A DNA stretch of 64,000 nt from Octopus sinensis. Lineage: Eukaryota. A model generated the notes under the pieces. The model worked only from the letters and a program-made list of their open reading frames with translations, searched no databases and was not told the origin of the DNA. The translations under genes and the position numbers were made by a program. This document shows, one piece after another, positions 39,490 through 50,307 of the stretch (position 1 is the first letter of the stretch; each line of letters begins with the position of its first letter). Location of the stretch: positions 41,044,001 to 41,108,000 of the forward strand of contig NC_042999.1 of assembly GCF_006345805.1 (NCBI RefSeq), written 5' to 3'.

Positions 39490-39945
39490 CTGTCTCCTTC
39501 ACACAAACACTCCCTTCTCCTACACACACACTCTCTCTCTCTCTCCCCTTCACACAAACACTCCCTCTCTCCTACACACACACACTCTCTCTCTTTCCAT
39601 CACACAAACACTCCCTCTCTCCTACACACACACACACACACTCTCTCTCTCTCTCTCCTTCACACAAACACTCCCTCTCTCCTACACACACACACTCTCT
39701 CTCTTTCCATCACACAAACACTCCCTCTCTCCTACACACACACACACACACACTCTCTCTCTCTCTCTCCTTCACACAAACACTCACTCTCTCCTACACA
39801 CACACACTCTCTCTCTCTTTCTCCCTCCCTCTCTTTCACACAAACACTCACTCTCTCCTACACACGCATACACACACTCTCTCTCTCCCTCCCTCTCCTT
39901 CACACAAACACTCCCTCTCTCCTACACACACACACACCACTCTTA
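39490..39945. repeat. Minisatellite, 8 units of about 50-64 bp
   Basis: Core cacacaaacactc(c/a)ctctctcctacaca at about 39500, 39551, 39601, 39661, 39711, 39773, 39837 and 39901. Confidence 0.93.
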
Positions 39946-40249
39946 TACACGTATACATACTGAGTAATTGTCTGACTGTGAGCACTGAAACGTACAACAA
40001 ACAACATGTTCCAGCTTCATTGGTTGCCAGTATTTACACTAGTCTCTGTTTATACATTTACTTTCAGCTTTTTACCCACTATTATATTTCGTCAAAGAAA
40101 CCCACTTTTGATATTTTATTTCTGTTCATAAGTGTTGCTTTTACTTTGATGCATTTAAAGCATACATACACACGCGCAGCTGCGAAAGACACCCACACAC
40201 AAATTCACAGGCGGGCACGCAAACACACACAAAATATATACAAATCATT

Positions 40250-41059
40250 CTAGTGTGTATGTGGTGTGTATATATATATATATATGGTGTGCGTGTGTAT
40301 TTATATATATATATATATATATACATCCATATATCTGTGTGTGTGTTCTGTATATATATGTGTGGTGTGCGTCTATATATATATATATATATATACACAT
40401 CCATCCATATACCTGTGTGTGTTGTGTATATATATGTGTGGTGTTCGTGTGTATTTATGTACACATACATATATATATGTATATGTATATATGTATGTAT
40501 ATATATATATATATGTGTATGTATATATATATATATATGTATATGTATGTATATATATGTGTAGGTATGTATATATGTGTAGGTATGTATATATATGTGT
40601 AGGTATGTATATATGTGTAGGTATGTATATATATGTGTAGGTATGTATATATATGTATATGTATGTATATATATGTGTAGGTATGTATATATATGTGTAG
40701 GTATGTATATATATGTGTAGGTATGTGTATATATATATATGTATATGTATATATATATGTATATGTATGTGTATATATATATGTATATGTATATATATGT
40801 ATATATATATGTGTGTATATATATGTATATATATGTACACACACATCCATATATCTGTGTTTGTATTGTGTGTGTATGTAGATGCTGACGATTCGTATGG
40901 TTTGCTTTGATATATCAATGTGTATGCGAATATACTCACTCACACATACATGCACATATATATTGACACATCCATGTCTGTGAACACGTATGTATATATA
41001 TATGTGAGTGTGTGTGTGTGTATGTACATCTGTGTGTGTTTGTTTATATAAATATATAT

Positions 41060-41093
<34 letters not shown>

Positions 41094-41280
41094 CATACAT
41101 GTGCGTGTGTGTATATATATATTCTGTATGTGTGTTGAAGCACACATTAGACATTGAGTAGGTCGATACATAGGTAAGTAGAATGGTGGTGCCTGTATGT
41201 TTATATGGCGTTTTGTGCTCATATATATGTATGTATGTATGTATGTATATATGTATATAATGTACGTACATATACTCACA
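40250..41280. repeat. Long (TA)/(TG)/(TATG) complex tract containing an atatatgtgtaggtatgt minisatellite (40555-40725)
   Basis: Visible directly; 18-20 bp units repeated about 8 times. Confidence 0.93.
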
Positions 41281-41799
41281 CATCTTCATATGGAAATGTA
41301 TATCAACGTATAAAGTTATGAGCAATGTGTACACTGTTTACATTTGGTGATATTAGTTTATGTGATTCTGCATATTGTTCATGTGTTTATACACACGTAC
41401 ATACAGATATGCATACATGCACAGATGTATACATCCATGCATAAATTCATGCACTCAAATATTTCCATCCTACATGTGTTTATGTATCTCTTCGTGCTGA
41501 ATTCCGCTCTAGTTAGTGCTTTTACCGATTGAACAAAAAATTTCAGAGAAATTTTATATTTAATAATTTCTCATTTTTCAATTCATCCTATTCTATTGAA
41601 ATATTTTATTTGCTGTCCAAAAGATCGATATATTTGCAAAAGGATACATAGTCCAGATAGTATACAATTCTATTGCAACGATCACACTACCATAATTTGA
41701 ACTCAGAATACTTTTGTATCAATATTTTTATGGTGCAGAATATTTTCAATATCCGACCAAAACAACATATTTCTAACATTTTCATGCTCAACCGACTAA

Positions 41800-42340
41800 G
41801 ACAGCCGTCCTAAGCAGGAGCCTGTACCTCTTAATGGAAATTAGCATTCGAATCTCAGTCAAGCTATGTTTTTCACGTCTTCAAACTAGAACGGGAATCC
41901 TTATTGTGTTGTCTACACGTGGATAATTTCCCTGTTTTTGAGTAAGGAACGTTGCATAAGGACTCCACGTACACTCCAATAAAAGTGGGATGGAAGCGGT
42001 TAACATCTATCATAAAAATTTGCGTCGATGTATTGGGAAAACTGCATATGTAGGAGGAATTTCATAGGGCCTACGTTTTGGAAAAGGACTACGTAGAACG
42101 CTTTAAGATGTGTATTTTTCTTTGGATATATGTGTTGGAGGGGTAGGTCACATTACGAGGTGTGGTAATAAAAGAAACAAGCGAGTCAAGAATGCTGGAA
42201 TTTAGGTGATAATCGATTAATAGGCTCCAAGGAGTAGCAGGAATAATAGAAGCAGTATAGAAGTCAAACGGAGGAGACTGAGGTCAGATATTGGAGCTTG
42301 TTTTTCAGCAAATTCATTCCAGTCAGTAGAGTAACCTTTC
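41800..42340 (-). pseudogene. Possible ancient CR1/L2-group LINE 3' end
   Basis: Minus strand gtccttttccaaaacgtaggccctatgaaattcctcctacatatgcagttttccc...gttaaccgc loosely fits SFFP-x-T-x-x-LWN-x-LP-x-x-VFP...VNR, but only with frameshifts. Confidence 0.35.
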
Positions 42341-42879
42341 TTTATATACCAAATATACATAATTACAGCTATGAGAGGTCGACTTGACCAATTCTAGACT
42401 GCGCATCCACAGCAACTTATACTGATCTATCTTGCCATAGCAAAGGCATCTAACTAATTACACTGCCTGCGAGTATTACCTGGAAAATCTTAATCGAACT
42501 CTAGATTTTAAGAAAAAGAACTTCACGCATCATTTAAAGTGTTCCATAGATACAGTGTATCTGAATAAATTTCGAGATTATCAATAGTGGAACTAGTTTC
42601 ACCATAGATTTTATGATAATCTTTTCTTATCATTTTCAACTCCTGTTTGAAGTCGTCTTGTCCAATGTTTGTTGTGTAAGTATTATAATGTAATAATACA
42701 TACTTGACAGAATCTATACTAAACAGCTTCCGTAATTATTAAGCAAAAAATGAATAAAGAGGAATTTGAAAAGAAGATTATCTAAGTTAAAATGAAACTA
42801 AATTCTCTTATATTTTTGTTGTTTTGTTATCGTAAAAACAGCAACGTGAAACACCCCAGCTGACCCCCTCTCTTAACAG

Positions 42880-42897
42880 TATGATAGATTTACTGCT
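42880..42897 (+). other. Candidate 18-nt microexon (YDRFTA in frame 0)
   Basis: gctgac branch-like motif, cccctctcttaacag| acceptor, |gtgagt donor. Confidence 0.3.
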
Positions 42898-42983
42898 GTG
42901 AGTTAGGTTCTGAACCAGATGTGTTTTATCACAAAAAAAATATACACAAATAGACACACAGACACAACGTACATGTGCATGTA

Positions 42984-43229
42984 CAGTCGTTTGGAATGTT
43001 GTTTTTCAAACTAAAATTGTTATACCCAAGTACAATTCGATTCAAATATATACAACGTAGAGATGATATACGTACCTAATAACTGATCCAATGGTTCAAT
43101 ACCCAGAAGAAAAAAAAATTGTCAGGTCTATGTTCCAAATAATAATATATTGCAAATTAAATATAACTTTGGGCATTTAATATAGATTCTAATTTCCAGA
43201 CCTATGTTCCAAACTTTTGGCCACGACTG
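42984..43229. mobile_element. Tc1-like MITE, about 246 bp
   Basis: Right-end reverse complement TA|cagtcgtggccaaaagtttggaac; left end TA|cagtcgtttggaat (10 bp lost). Confidence 0.65.
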
Positions 43230-44789
43230 TACATGCGTCGATATATCAAGCATACCAGAGGTAAGGAATCTGTGTATGAGCTCATCAAACATATTAGATT
43301 TAAATAGTCTGTATCTCTAACAATAACAGAGCAACTGTATTTCTTTTTTCAAACAATTATCTTTAAATTCAAATGCAATTACAATTATTGCATAATATAT
43401 GATAATTAATAGACAAATAAAATAACAGTTTTTTGTTGCATTGTTGTACTCTCTATCTGTCGCTCGCTGATTAGCAACGATCCTCCACAACGCCTATTCC
43501 ACCTTCACACTCTTTGTGTCTTCAAAACAGTATGCGACGACGCGGCGTTTATTACGTCAGTTTTTCTTCACATCCAAATCTTACCTTCTGTTCCTATTTT
43601 TGACTGTTACGAAAATACACATGCCTATACCCCTTGTTTTATGTTTATGATACTAGTTCCTTTCAAGCTTCTTTAGTCTTTGTTCCTGTTATATAAGACA
43701 TACATTGCTCTTATCCCCTAATTCATCAGATATGAGTGACACCTTTAATGACTATAAGAAAACAAGTGTTCTTTAGATTTTAGTATTCGGAGGTGACCAT
43801 ATCGATTGTTAGTAGAATTCTCTGCCAGAACTGTTGACACCATACTTTTTATACGATAAAAATCAGGTGTTTGATTTCCAACTTGTTAGACTGAACGAGT
43901 TAAGTACATTATCTAAGACTATAAGATTCCCATGAGAGTGGATAAAAATACAAGATTTTCTTTTGAAATTTCAACACTTCATTTGTTGAACCAATTTGCC
44001 AGCATATGTGTTTATACACATGAAGATGTATATGGTTTCTAACACGAACGCGCGCGCACCCACGCGCACACGCACGTACATACACATGCACACACACATA
44101 CATATATACGCCCGCACATATCCTTCCAATCTGAAATGTCTACTACAACAGGAAAAGAAACAAAAAAAAATTATTTATCGAAAATTAAGATGGTGTGCTT
44201 TCTTTGTCGACAAAATCGTAATTTGAGACTAACAATGAATCCAAACAGAGATTCAAAATCAATAAGTACTCCTTCTATAAAGATAGAAAGCTTCTTAAAC
44301 TTTTTGATGCCTTGTTTATATTAAGCGAAGGTCTATTGCTGTTTAGAGCAGCTGAGAGTCTCCAGAAAAGTATAAAAAGACTTACGTTCACAAAAGGTGA
44401 CAACAAAGAGATATACTTGTAAGACCGCAGAAAACCAGACGTCTTGATGAAACTAGATTCTAACACCGACTCCATTCCATTTCTATACTATATACAGCAA
44501 ACTGAATGACATAAGTATCACCGGCCAAATTCTTTCGTTATTGTTAAACTGCAAATATCATTAGATCCTTATTTCATTTTTAAACACTTCAAAATCCCCT
44601 TTTATGCATAATTCATCTACCAGAATGAAAAACTCTACTAAAAAATTATAAGCAAGCATAATAAGGGCAGACTGGAGATTTCTACGATTTGACATCAAAG
44701 GAAATTACAATTTTTTGCTCTCACGATCCTTCATTGTTAACTGCAGTTGTGATGATTCTGGGGGGTTCATGTGAAAAAAAAAATCTCCT

Positions 44790-44885
44790 GACACGTACGG
44801 CAAATATCTTCTTCTATAGCCTCGAGCCGACCAAGGTCATGTGAATGTATATGGTAGACGAAAACTAAAAGAAAGCTGTTGTATA
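44790..44885 (+). mobile_element. SINE A fragment
   Basis: ttctatagcctcgagccgaccaagg...ggtagacgaaaactaaaagaa. Confidence 0.75.
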
Positions 44886-45122
44886 ACTATATATATCATA
44901 AAGCTATTCGAAGACACAATTAGTTTCATAAAAATGTTGTATGAACTCTAAATAGGCAATAAATATTATGATTTGTAAAATAAGTATAAGTGATACAGGG
45001 TGTCCCAACTAAATGTGGTGAGAAAATTTGGTTTAATTTTTTAAGAATTTTAAGCATTCAAGGTATGAGTTCATTGTAATGGGGCACAATATTAAATACA
45101 TTCTGGAATAAAAAAAATTATA

Positions 45123-45455
45123 TACTGTCATCGAAAATTTTTAACTGAAAAGATGCAAAATTATCGGAGTTATTATCATTGAAGGTGTACATGTATCAAG
45201 AAAGTGCAATAATAAGGTTTAGCAGTTCAAAACTGTGAGTAGTGAAATGCAAAATTAGGTCCATTGAATCTGGAATCAAAAATTTATGTACTGTCATCGG
45301 AAACGTTTAACTGGGAAAATACAGAATTATCGGAGTTATGGGCATGGAAAGTGCACATGCATCAAGAAAGTGCAATAATTACGTTTAGCAGTTGCAAACT
45401 ATAAGTAGTGAAATGCAGAATTAGGTCCGCTGTTCTTGAGAATCAAATATTGATC
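45123..45455 (+). repeat. Diverged tandem duplication, 166-bp period
   Basis: tactgtcatcg at 45123 and 45289; both units share aattatcggagttat, atcaagaaagtgcaataat and agtagtgaaatgca. Confidence 0.88.
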
Positions 45456-45569
45456 ACTTCGCTAAAAACTAACAACTGTAAGTGTAGGTACTATGGGTTA
45501 TTTCCTTTGAGTGTTTAAAAAATATTATGCAAGTGCTATGAATTACTTCCCTTGGGTGTTTAAAGAAAG

Positions 45570-45772
45570 GAGATAGATATAAAGATCACTTCCAGGAGCC
45601 GTATTCTCGATTATTTTTCAACAATCTAAGTATGTCACGAGCTTCCCAGACATGAGTTCTACTCACGTGTCAAGTTTCATCAAAATAAAAAAAACAAAAA
45701 AATATATAAAATTCGCTAACAAAGCCACTAACAAACACACCGATTTTTCACATATGTAGAAGATATATATAG
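45570..45772 (-). mobile_element. Possible Helitron 5' fragment
   Basis: Minus strand a|TCttctacatatgtgaaaaatcggtgtgtttg...tgatgaaacttgacac; the last motif is also in 46203-46582. No 3' end was found. Confidence 0.4.
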
Positions 45773-45944
45773 AGATCGTATATATATATATATCATATAT
45801 AAATATGTACATTACATATATATATTATATCAATATTAATAATATATATATATATATATCATATATATATCATATATAATATGTACATTATATATATATA
45901 TTATATCAATATTAATAATATATATTATATATATAATATATATG

Positions 45945-46200
45945 CTCTTTTACTCTTTTACTTGTTTCAGTCATTTGACTATGGCCATGCTGGAGCACCG
46001 CCTTTAGTCGAGGAAATCGACCCCAGGACTTATTCTTTCTAAGCCTAGTACTTATTCTATCGGTCTCATTTGCCGAACCGCTAAGTTATGGGGACGTAAA
46101 CACACCACCATCGGTTGTCAAGCGATGTTGGAGGGATAAACACATAAACACACACACATACATATATATATTATATACAACATATATATATATATATATA
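45945..46200 (-). mobile_element. SINE A 3' half
   Basis: ctcttttactcttttacttgtttcagtcatttgac...aagcgatgttggagggataaacac, then a microsatellite interrupted by a Helitron. Confidence 0.9.
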
Positions 46201-46202
46201 TA

Positions 46203-46582
46203 TCTATATATAAACGGCAGTTTGTCTGTGCGTGTTTCTGTGTGTCTGTTTGCTTGTACCCTCACCCTGACCACTGCTTTCAACCGATTCTGATGAAACT
46301 TGACACACACATAGCCCAATGTCATAATTCAAAACTAACGTAGCGAAAATTTTGTAAAGTTCCCCCAGTTCTGAAAAAAATCGATAAATTCGACATGGGG
46401 TCGAGAATCAGAAACACAAACCGCAAACTGTCTAGGGGATGCAACTCCACCTTTTTTCACTCTCAAAAAAAATTTACCATCATTTTTTTCCATTTTTTTG
46501 CTATTTTTTGGCTATAACTCTCTAAAAATGCTTTATAGTTATTTCCCTTACAAACGTGAGCAACGCCGGGCCATACTGCTAG
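46203..46582 (+). mobile_element. Non-autonomous Helitron
   Basis: A|TCtatatataaacggcag...aaacgtgagcaacgccgggccatactgCTAG|T, inserted in (TA)n. Its 3' end is shared with 11025-11422. Confidence 0.9.
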
Positions 46583-46595
46583 TATATATATATAT

Positions 46596-46627
<32 letters not shown>

Positions 46628-47867
46628 CCTTATATATTTGTATACATATATATATACAGACAGACATGCACATATATATATATTATATATATGATGTGTG
46701 TGTATTTTCAAAAGGTATGTACATGCATATATACAAGTGCTCATTGTATTACACAACGAAAAGATTTTACTCTGTTCCCATCGCTAATTTAAATGTCAAA
46801 GTGGACACATGCACCTGCACCGGGCTAGATTTAAGGTATACTTTGGCTCCGATAACAAGCGATATATTTCATCGACTGCCATTAACTTATCTCGAGTTTG
46901 ACATGATAAGTGTTGTAGATTGGTTTAACTCTATTTTGGGCTCACAAATTGGTGATACATTAACTGTTTCTCTCTTTTCTCTATCTATCTTCCTCTCACC
47001 CCCACACACCCCACCTCTCTCTTAGAGTCTACTTATTGCTATTCTTCTGTTTTCTTTCCTTTGCTTTTCCATTCAAACTCCACTTTCCTCTTAGCTTTTT
47101 GTAAATTTCTTTTCTGCATTTATAGTTTATCTTTAATCCCCCCACCTTTTTTCTCATTCGTTATTTCTCTTTTTAGATTATTCAACTTTTAGCCTTCCAT
47201 TACTTTAGCACATCTATGTTAATTCTTTTAGTTTCTTTTCAGATGTTAAACTGTTTTTGAAGCTATTGTTCTTGTAATTTTATATAATAAATTCTTTTGT
47301 TTCCACTCTCAATGTTGTGGTCGTGGGGTATATGATAAACTGCAAATTATATTCCTCTACACAACAAAGCTTGTGTCTCTTATGTAATGTATCATATCAC
47401 ACATCACTCTTTTATTCCGCTTAATCTTATATATCAGGCAGATACAAACGTGAATATTAAAACGAACTACCAGGCTTTCAGTATCACAGATAATTGCTTG
47501 CCAAATCGCAATTTATAGTTAAGGTAATTCATGTTTCTGATATTTTAGGTTCGAACACAATTTCCGTCTGTTCGTCGTACATTAAAATCCAGGAATCAGT
47601 TTCTGACAAAATATTTTCGGAATTCAATTGGCTTAAATTTTAAACTCATTATCATAAATTTGAGCAATACAGCTTTTCTATCTCAAAGAAGAAGATTACT
47701 TAACAACATATCAAAAATATAAATACCGCATGGGAAACTGAGTTACCAGCACGACAATATGGATAACAATTTGAAATAAATATTGAATGCAAGGGAAAAT
47801 AAATGGAGATGTATGAAAGGGGAGAAATGGTTTTACATTTCAAGAATTCCGAATAGATAATAATAAT

Positions 47868-48250
47868 AATAATAGTAGTAGTAGAAGTGGTAGTAGTAGT
47901 AGTAGTAGTAGTAGTAGAAGTGGTAGTAGTAGAAGTGGTAGTAGTAGAAGTGGTAGTAGTGGTAGTAGTGGTAGTGGTAGTAGTAGTAGTAGTAGTAGAA
48001 GTGGTAGTAGTAGAAGTGGTAGTAGTAGAAGTGGTAGAAGTGGTGGTAGTAGTAGTAGTAGTAGAAGTGGTAGTAGTAGAAGTGGTAGTAGAAGTGGTAG
48101 TAGTAGTAGTAGTAGTAAAAGTGGTAGTAGAAGTGGTAGTAGTAGTAGTAGTAGAAGTGGTAGTAGAAGTGGTAGTAGTAGTAGTAGTAGAAGTGGTAGT
48201 AGAAGTGGTAGCAGTAGTAGTAGAAGTGGTGGTAGTAGTAGTTGTATTGG

Positions 48251-48280
<30 letters not shown>
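47868..48280. repeat. (TAG)n with recurrent agaagtgg variants, flanked by (TAA)n
   Basis: Visible directly; source of the poly-T, poly-Y and poly-V/E ORFs. Confidence 0.96.
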
Positions 48281-48281
<1 letters not shown>

Positions 48282-48689
48282 TAATTCGTTTATTGGCCAC
48301 AAGGGCTAACAAAAATCAAATAAAACATGTAAAGATAAAATACAGGACGAAAGTTACAAAAAGGGTTTTCTCCGTTTGAAAATAATAATAATAATAATAC
48401 TTGTTTTGGCCACCAGGGCGGAACACAATACATAGAGGACGACATAGACGAGAGTATATAGAACGGTTTCATCGATCCGCGTGCATCTCGGACAAGCTCG
48501 ACTGACTGCACACCCGTGCCTGAAGAGCGTATCGCGGGCCGGTAGCACCTCCGGCCCGAAAGTCTGCCGGAATAGATCAGCCAGGTGATCGATCTCGATG
48601 CCCAGGACATCTCCGAGTACATCGTCGCTTTTGCCCTCAAATAATCTCCTATAGTACTCCAAGATAGAATTTCCACCGACCACATTGTC
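48281..48689 (-). pseudogene. 5'-truncated L1/Tx1-like LINE fragment (C-terminal zinc finger region + 3' UTR)
   Basis: GC-rich island. Minus translation LPARDTLFRHGCAVSRACPRCTRIDETVLY is a zf-RVT-like CxxC..ET..H motif with H changed to Y. It ends gcccttgtggccaataaacgaa next to (ATT)n. Confidence 0.78.
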
Positions 48690-49068
48690 CGACTAAGTTA
48701 CGGGGACGTAAACACACCACCATCGGTTGTCATAAATACGACGGGATTCTTTCAGTTTCCGTCTACCAAATCCACTCACAAGGCTTTGGTCGACTCGAGG
48801 CTATAGTACGAGACACTTTCCCAAGGTGCCACGCAGTGGAACTGAACCCGGAACCATGCGGTCCGTAAACAAGCTACTTACCTATTTTTTTACTACCCAC
48901 AAGAGGCTAAACACTGAGGGGACAAACAAGGACAGACAAATGGATTAGGTCGGTCACATCGACCCCAGTGCGTAACTGGTACTTATTTCATCGACCCCGA
49001 AAGGATGAAAGGCAAAGTCGACCTACTTACCAGACAGCTACTTACCACACAGCCACTCCTATGCCTAT
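48690..49068 (-). mobile_element. SINE A (truncated tail) interrupted by a 5'-truncated SINE B2 at 48883-49022
   Basis: The A head is split at ctacttacc, which is duplicated at 48874-48882 and 49023-49031 around the B2 copy. Confidence 0.88.
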
Positions 49069-49714
49069 GTAATCTACTTGTACCCTCTCCCTGATAATTG
49101 CTGGCTTTGTGCCAAAATTCGAAGTCAATATCTATATACACAGTCCTCTGCATGTACAGGGTGATTTTGATGTATTCCTTATAATTTTTGACATATTTTA
49201 TATAGCGATTTTCCAGTTGAGTATTTTTACTCGTTTGCAAATTTTAATGCATGAACGTTTGTTTCCCATCTATTTCACATCGCCTGCAAAATTCAAGTCT
49301 GGCTTTCATTTCCAACATTTAATGCACGATGATTACCTTTAGCTATCAGCAGTTGAAGTCTCAAATGAAACAATTAAAACTGTCAATCAAATAACGGATT
49401 TCATGATGGTGATGAGGTGAAATTTCCTGTATGATAGCTGGTTATTAATTATCTCTGTGATTACGATGCATTAATCGCTTAAGGAGGACATCGTTGCAAA
49501 GTAAACAATGAAATAAGCACGGGGAAACTAAGTTGTAGCCACCACTGCATATTTTAAAACAGAATCCGATCTATGTGTGGCACATATAAATATACATACA
49601 TGTCTCTTTTATTGTTTACGTGTTTTAGTTATTGGACTGTGACCATGGTGGGGCACCACCTTGAATGGTTTAATCAAGCAAATCGACCTCAATACATTTT
49701 TTAAATCGGTGTTG

Positions 49715-49940
49715 AGCTGGCAGAAACGGTAGCACGCCGGGCGAAATGCGTAGCCGTATTTCGTCTGCCGTTACGTTCTGAGTTCAAATTCCGCAGAGTT
49801 TGACTTTACCTTTCATCCTTTCGGGGTCGATAAATTAAGTACCAGTTACGCACTGGGGTCGATGGAATCGACTTAATCGCTTTGTCTGTCCTTGTTTGTC
49901 CCCTCTGCGTTTAGCCCCTTGTATGTAGTAAAGAAATATA
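49715..49940 (+). mobile_element. SINE B2 with 13-bp TSD, inside an old SINE A tail remnant (49608-49712)
   Basis: taaatcggtgttg at 49702-49714 and 49943-49955. Confidence 0.93.
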
Positions 49941-50266
49941 TATAAATCGGTGTTGGGAGCCAAACATGAAAAAAAGAGTACTCTTATGTTTGAATGTGTG
50001 TGTATGTGTGTGTGTGTGTGTGTGTTTCTTAATATATATATATATATAATATCTATGTTAAGTCATGGACAAAATGTACCTTTTTGAAAAAAGAGTTAAG
50101 TCTCCAAAACCACATATCTGTCACTATTTATAAACACGCACGGAGAATGTAGCAAATACATGTAGAAAAACAGTCATCCCAATTTGTGTGTGTGTATATA
50201 TGTATATATATATATATTATGTATGCGTGTTTGTGTGTGTGTATGCTTAATCGTATTTATCTGCAT

Positions 50267-50307
<41 letters not shown>

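Noticed and set aside
39320-41279. HTHT/YIYI-rich ORFs of 100-270 aa
   Set aside because: Minisatellite and dinucleotide repeat artefacts.
44230-44480. Possible Penelope GIY-YIG remnant (NRPSLN)
   Set aside because: A single short motif with no supporting blocks.
47700-48312. Poly-Thr (mucin-like), poly-Tyr/His and poly-Val/Glu ORFs
   Set aside because: All are readings of one (TAG)n tract, with no splice or signal-peptide support.
49157-49430. TA|cagggtga as a MITE terminus
   Set aside because: The possible partner (tttcctg|ta at about 49430) matches only about 4 terminal bases.
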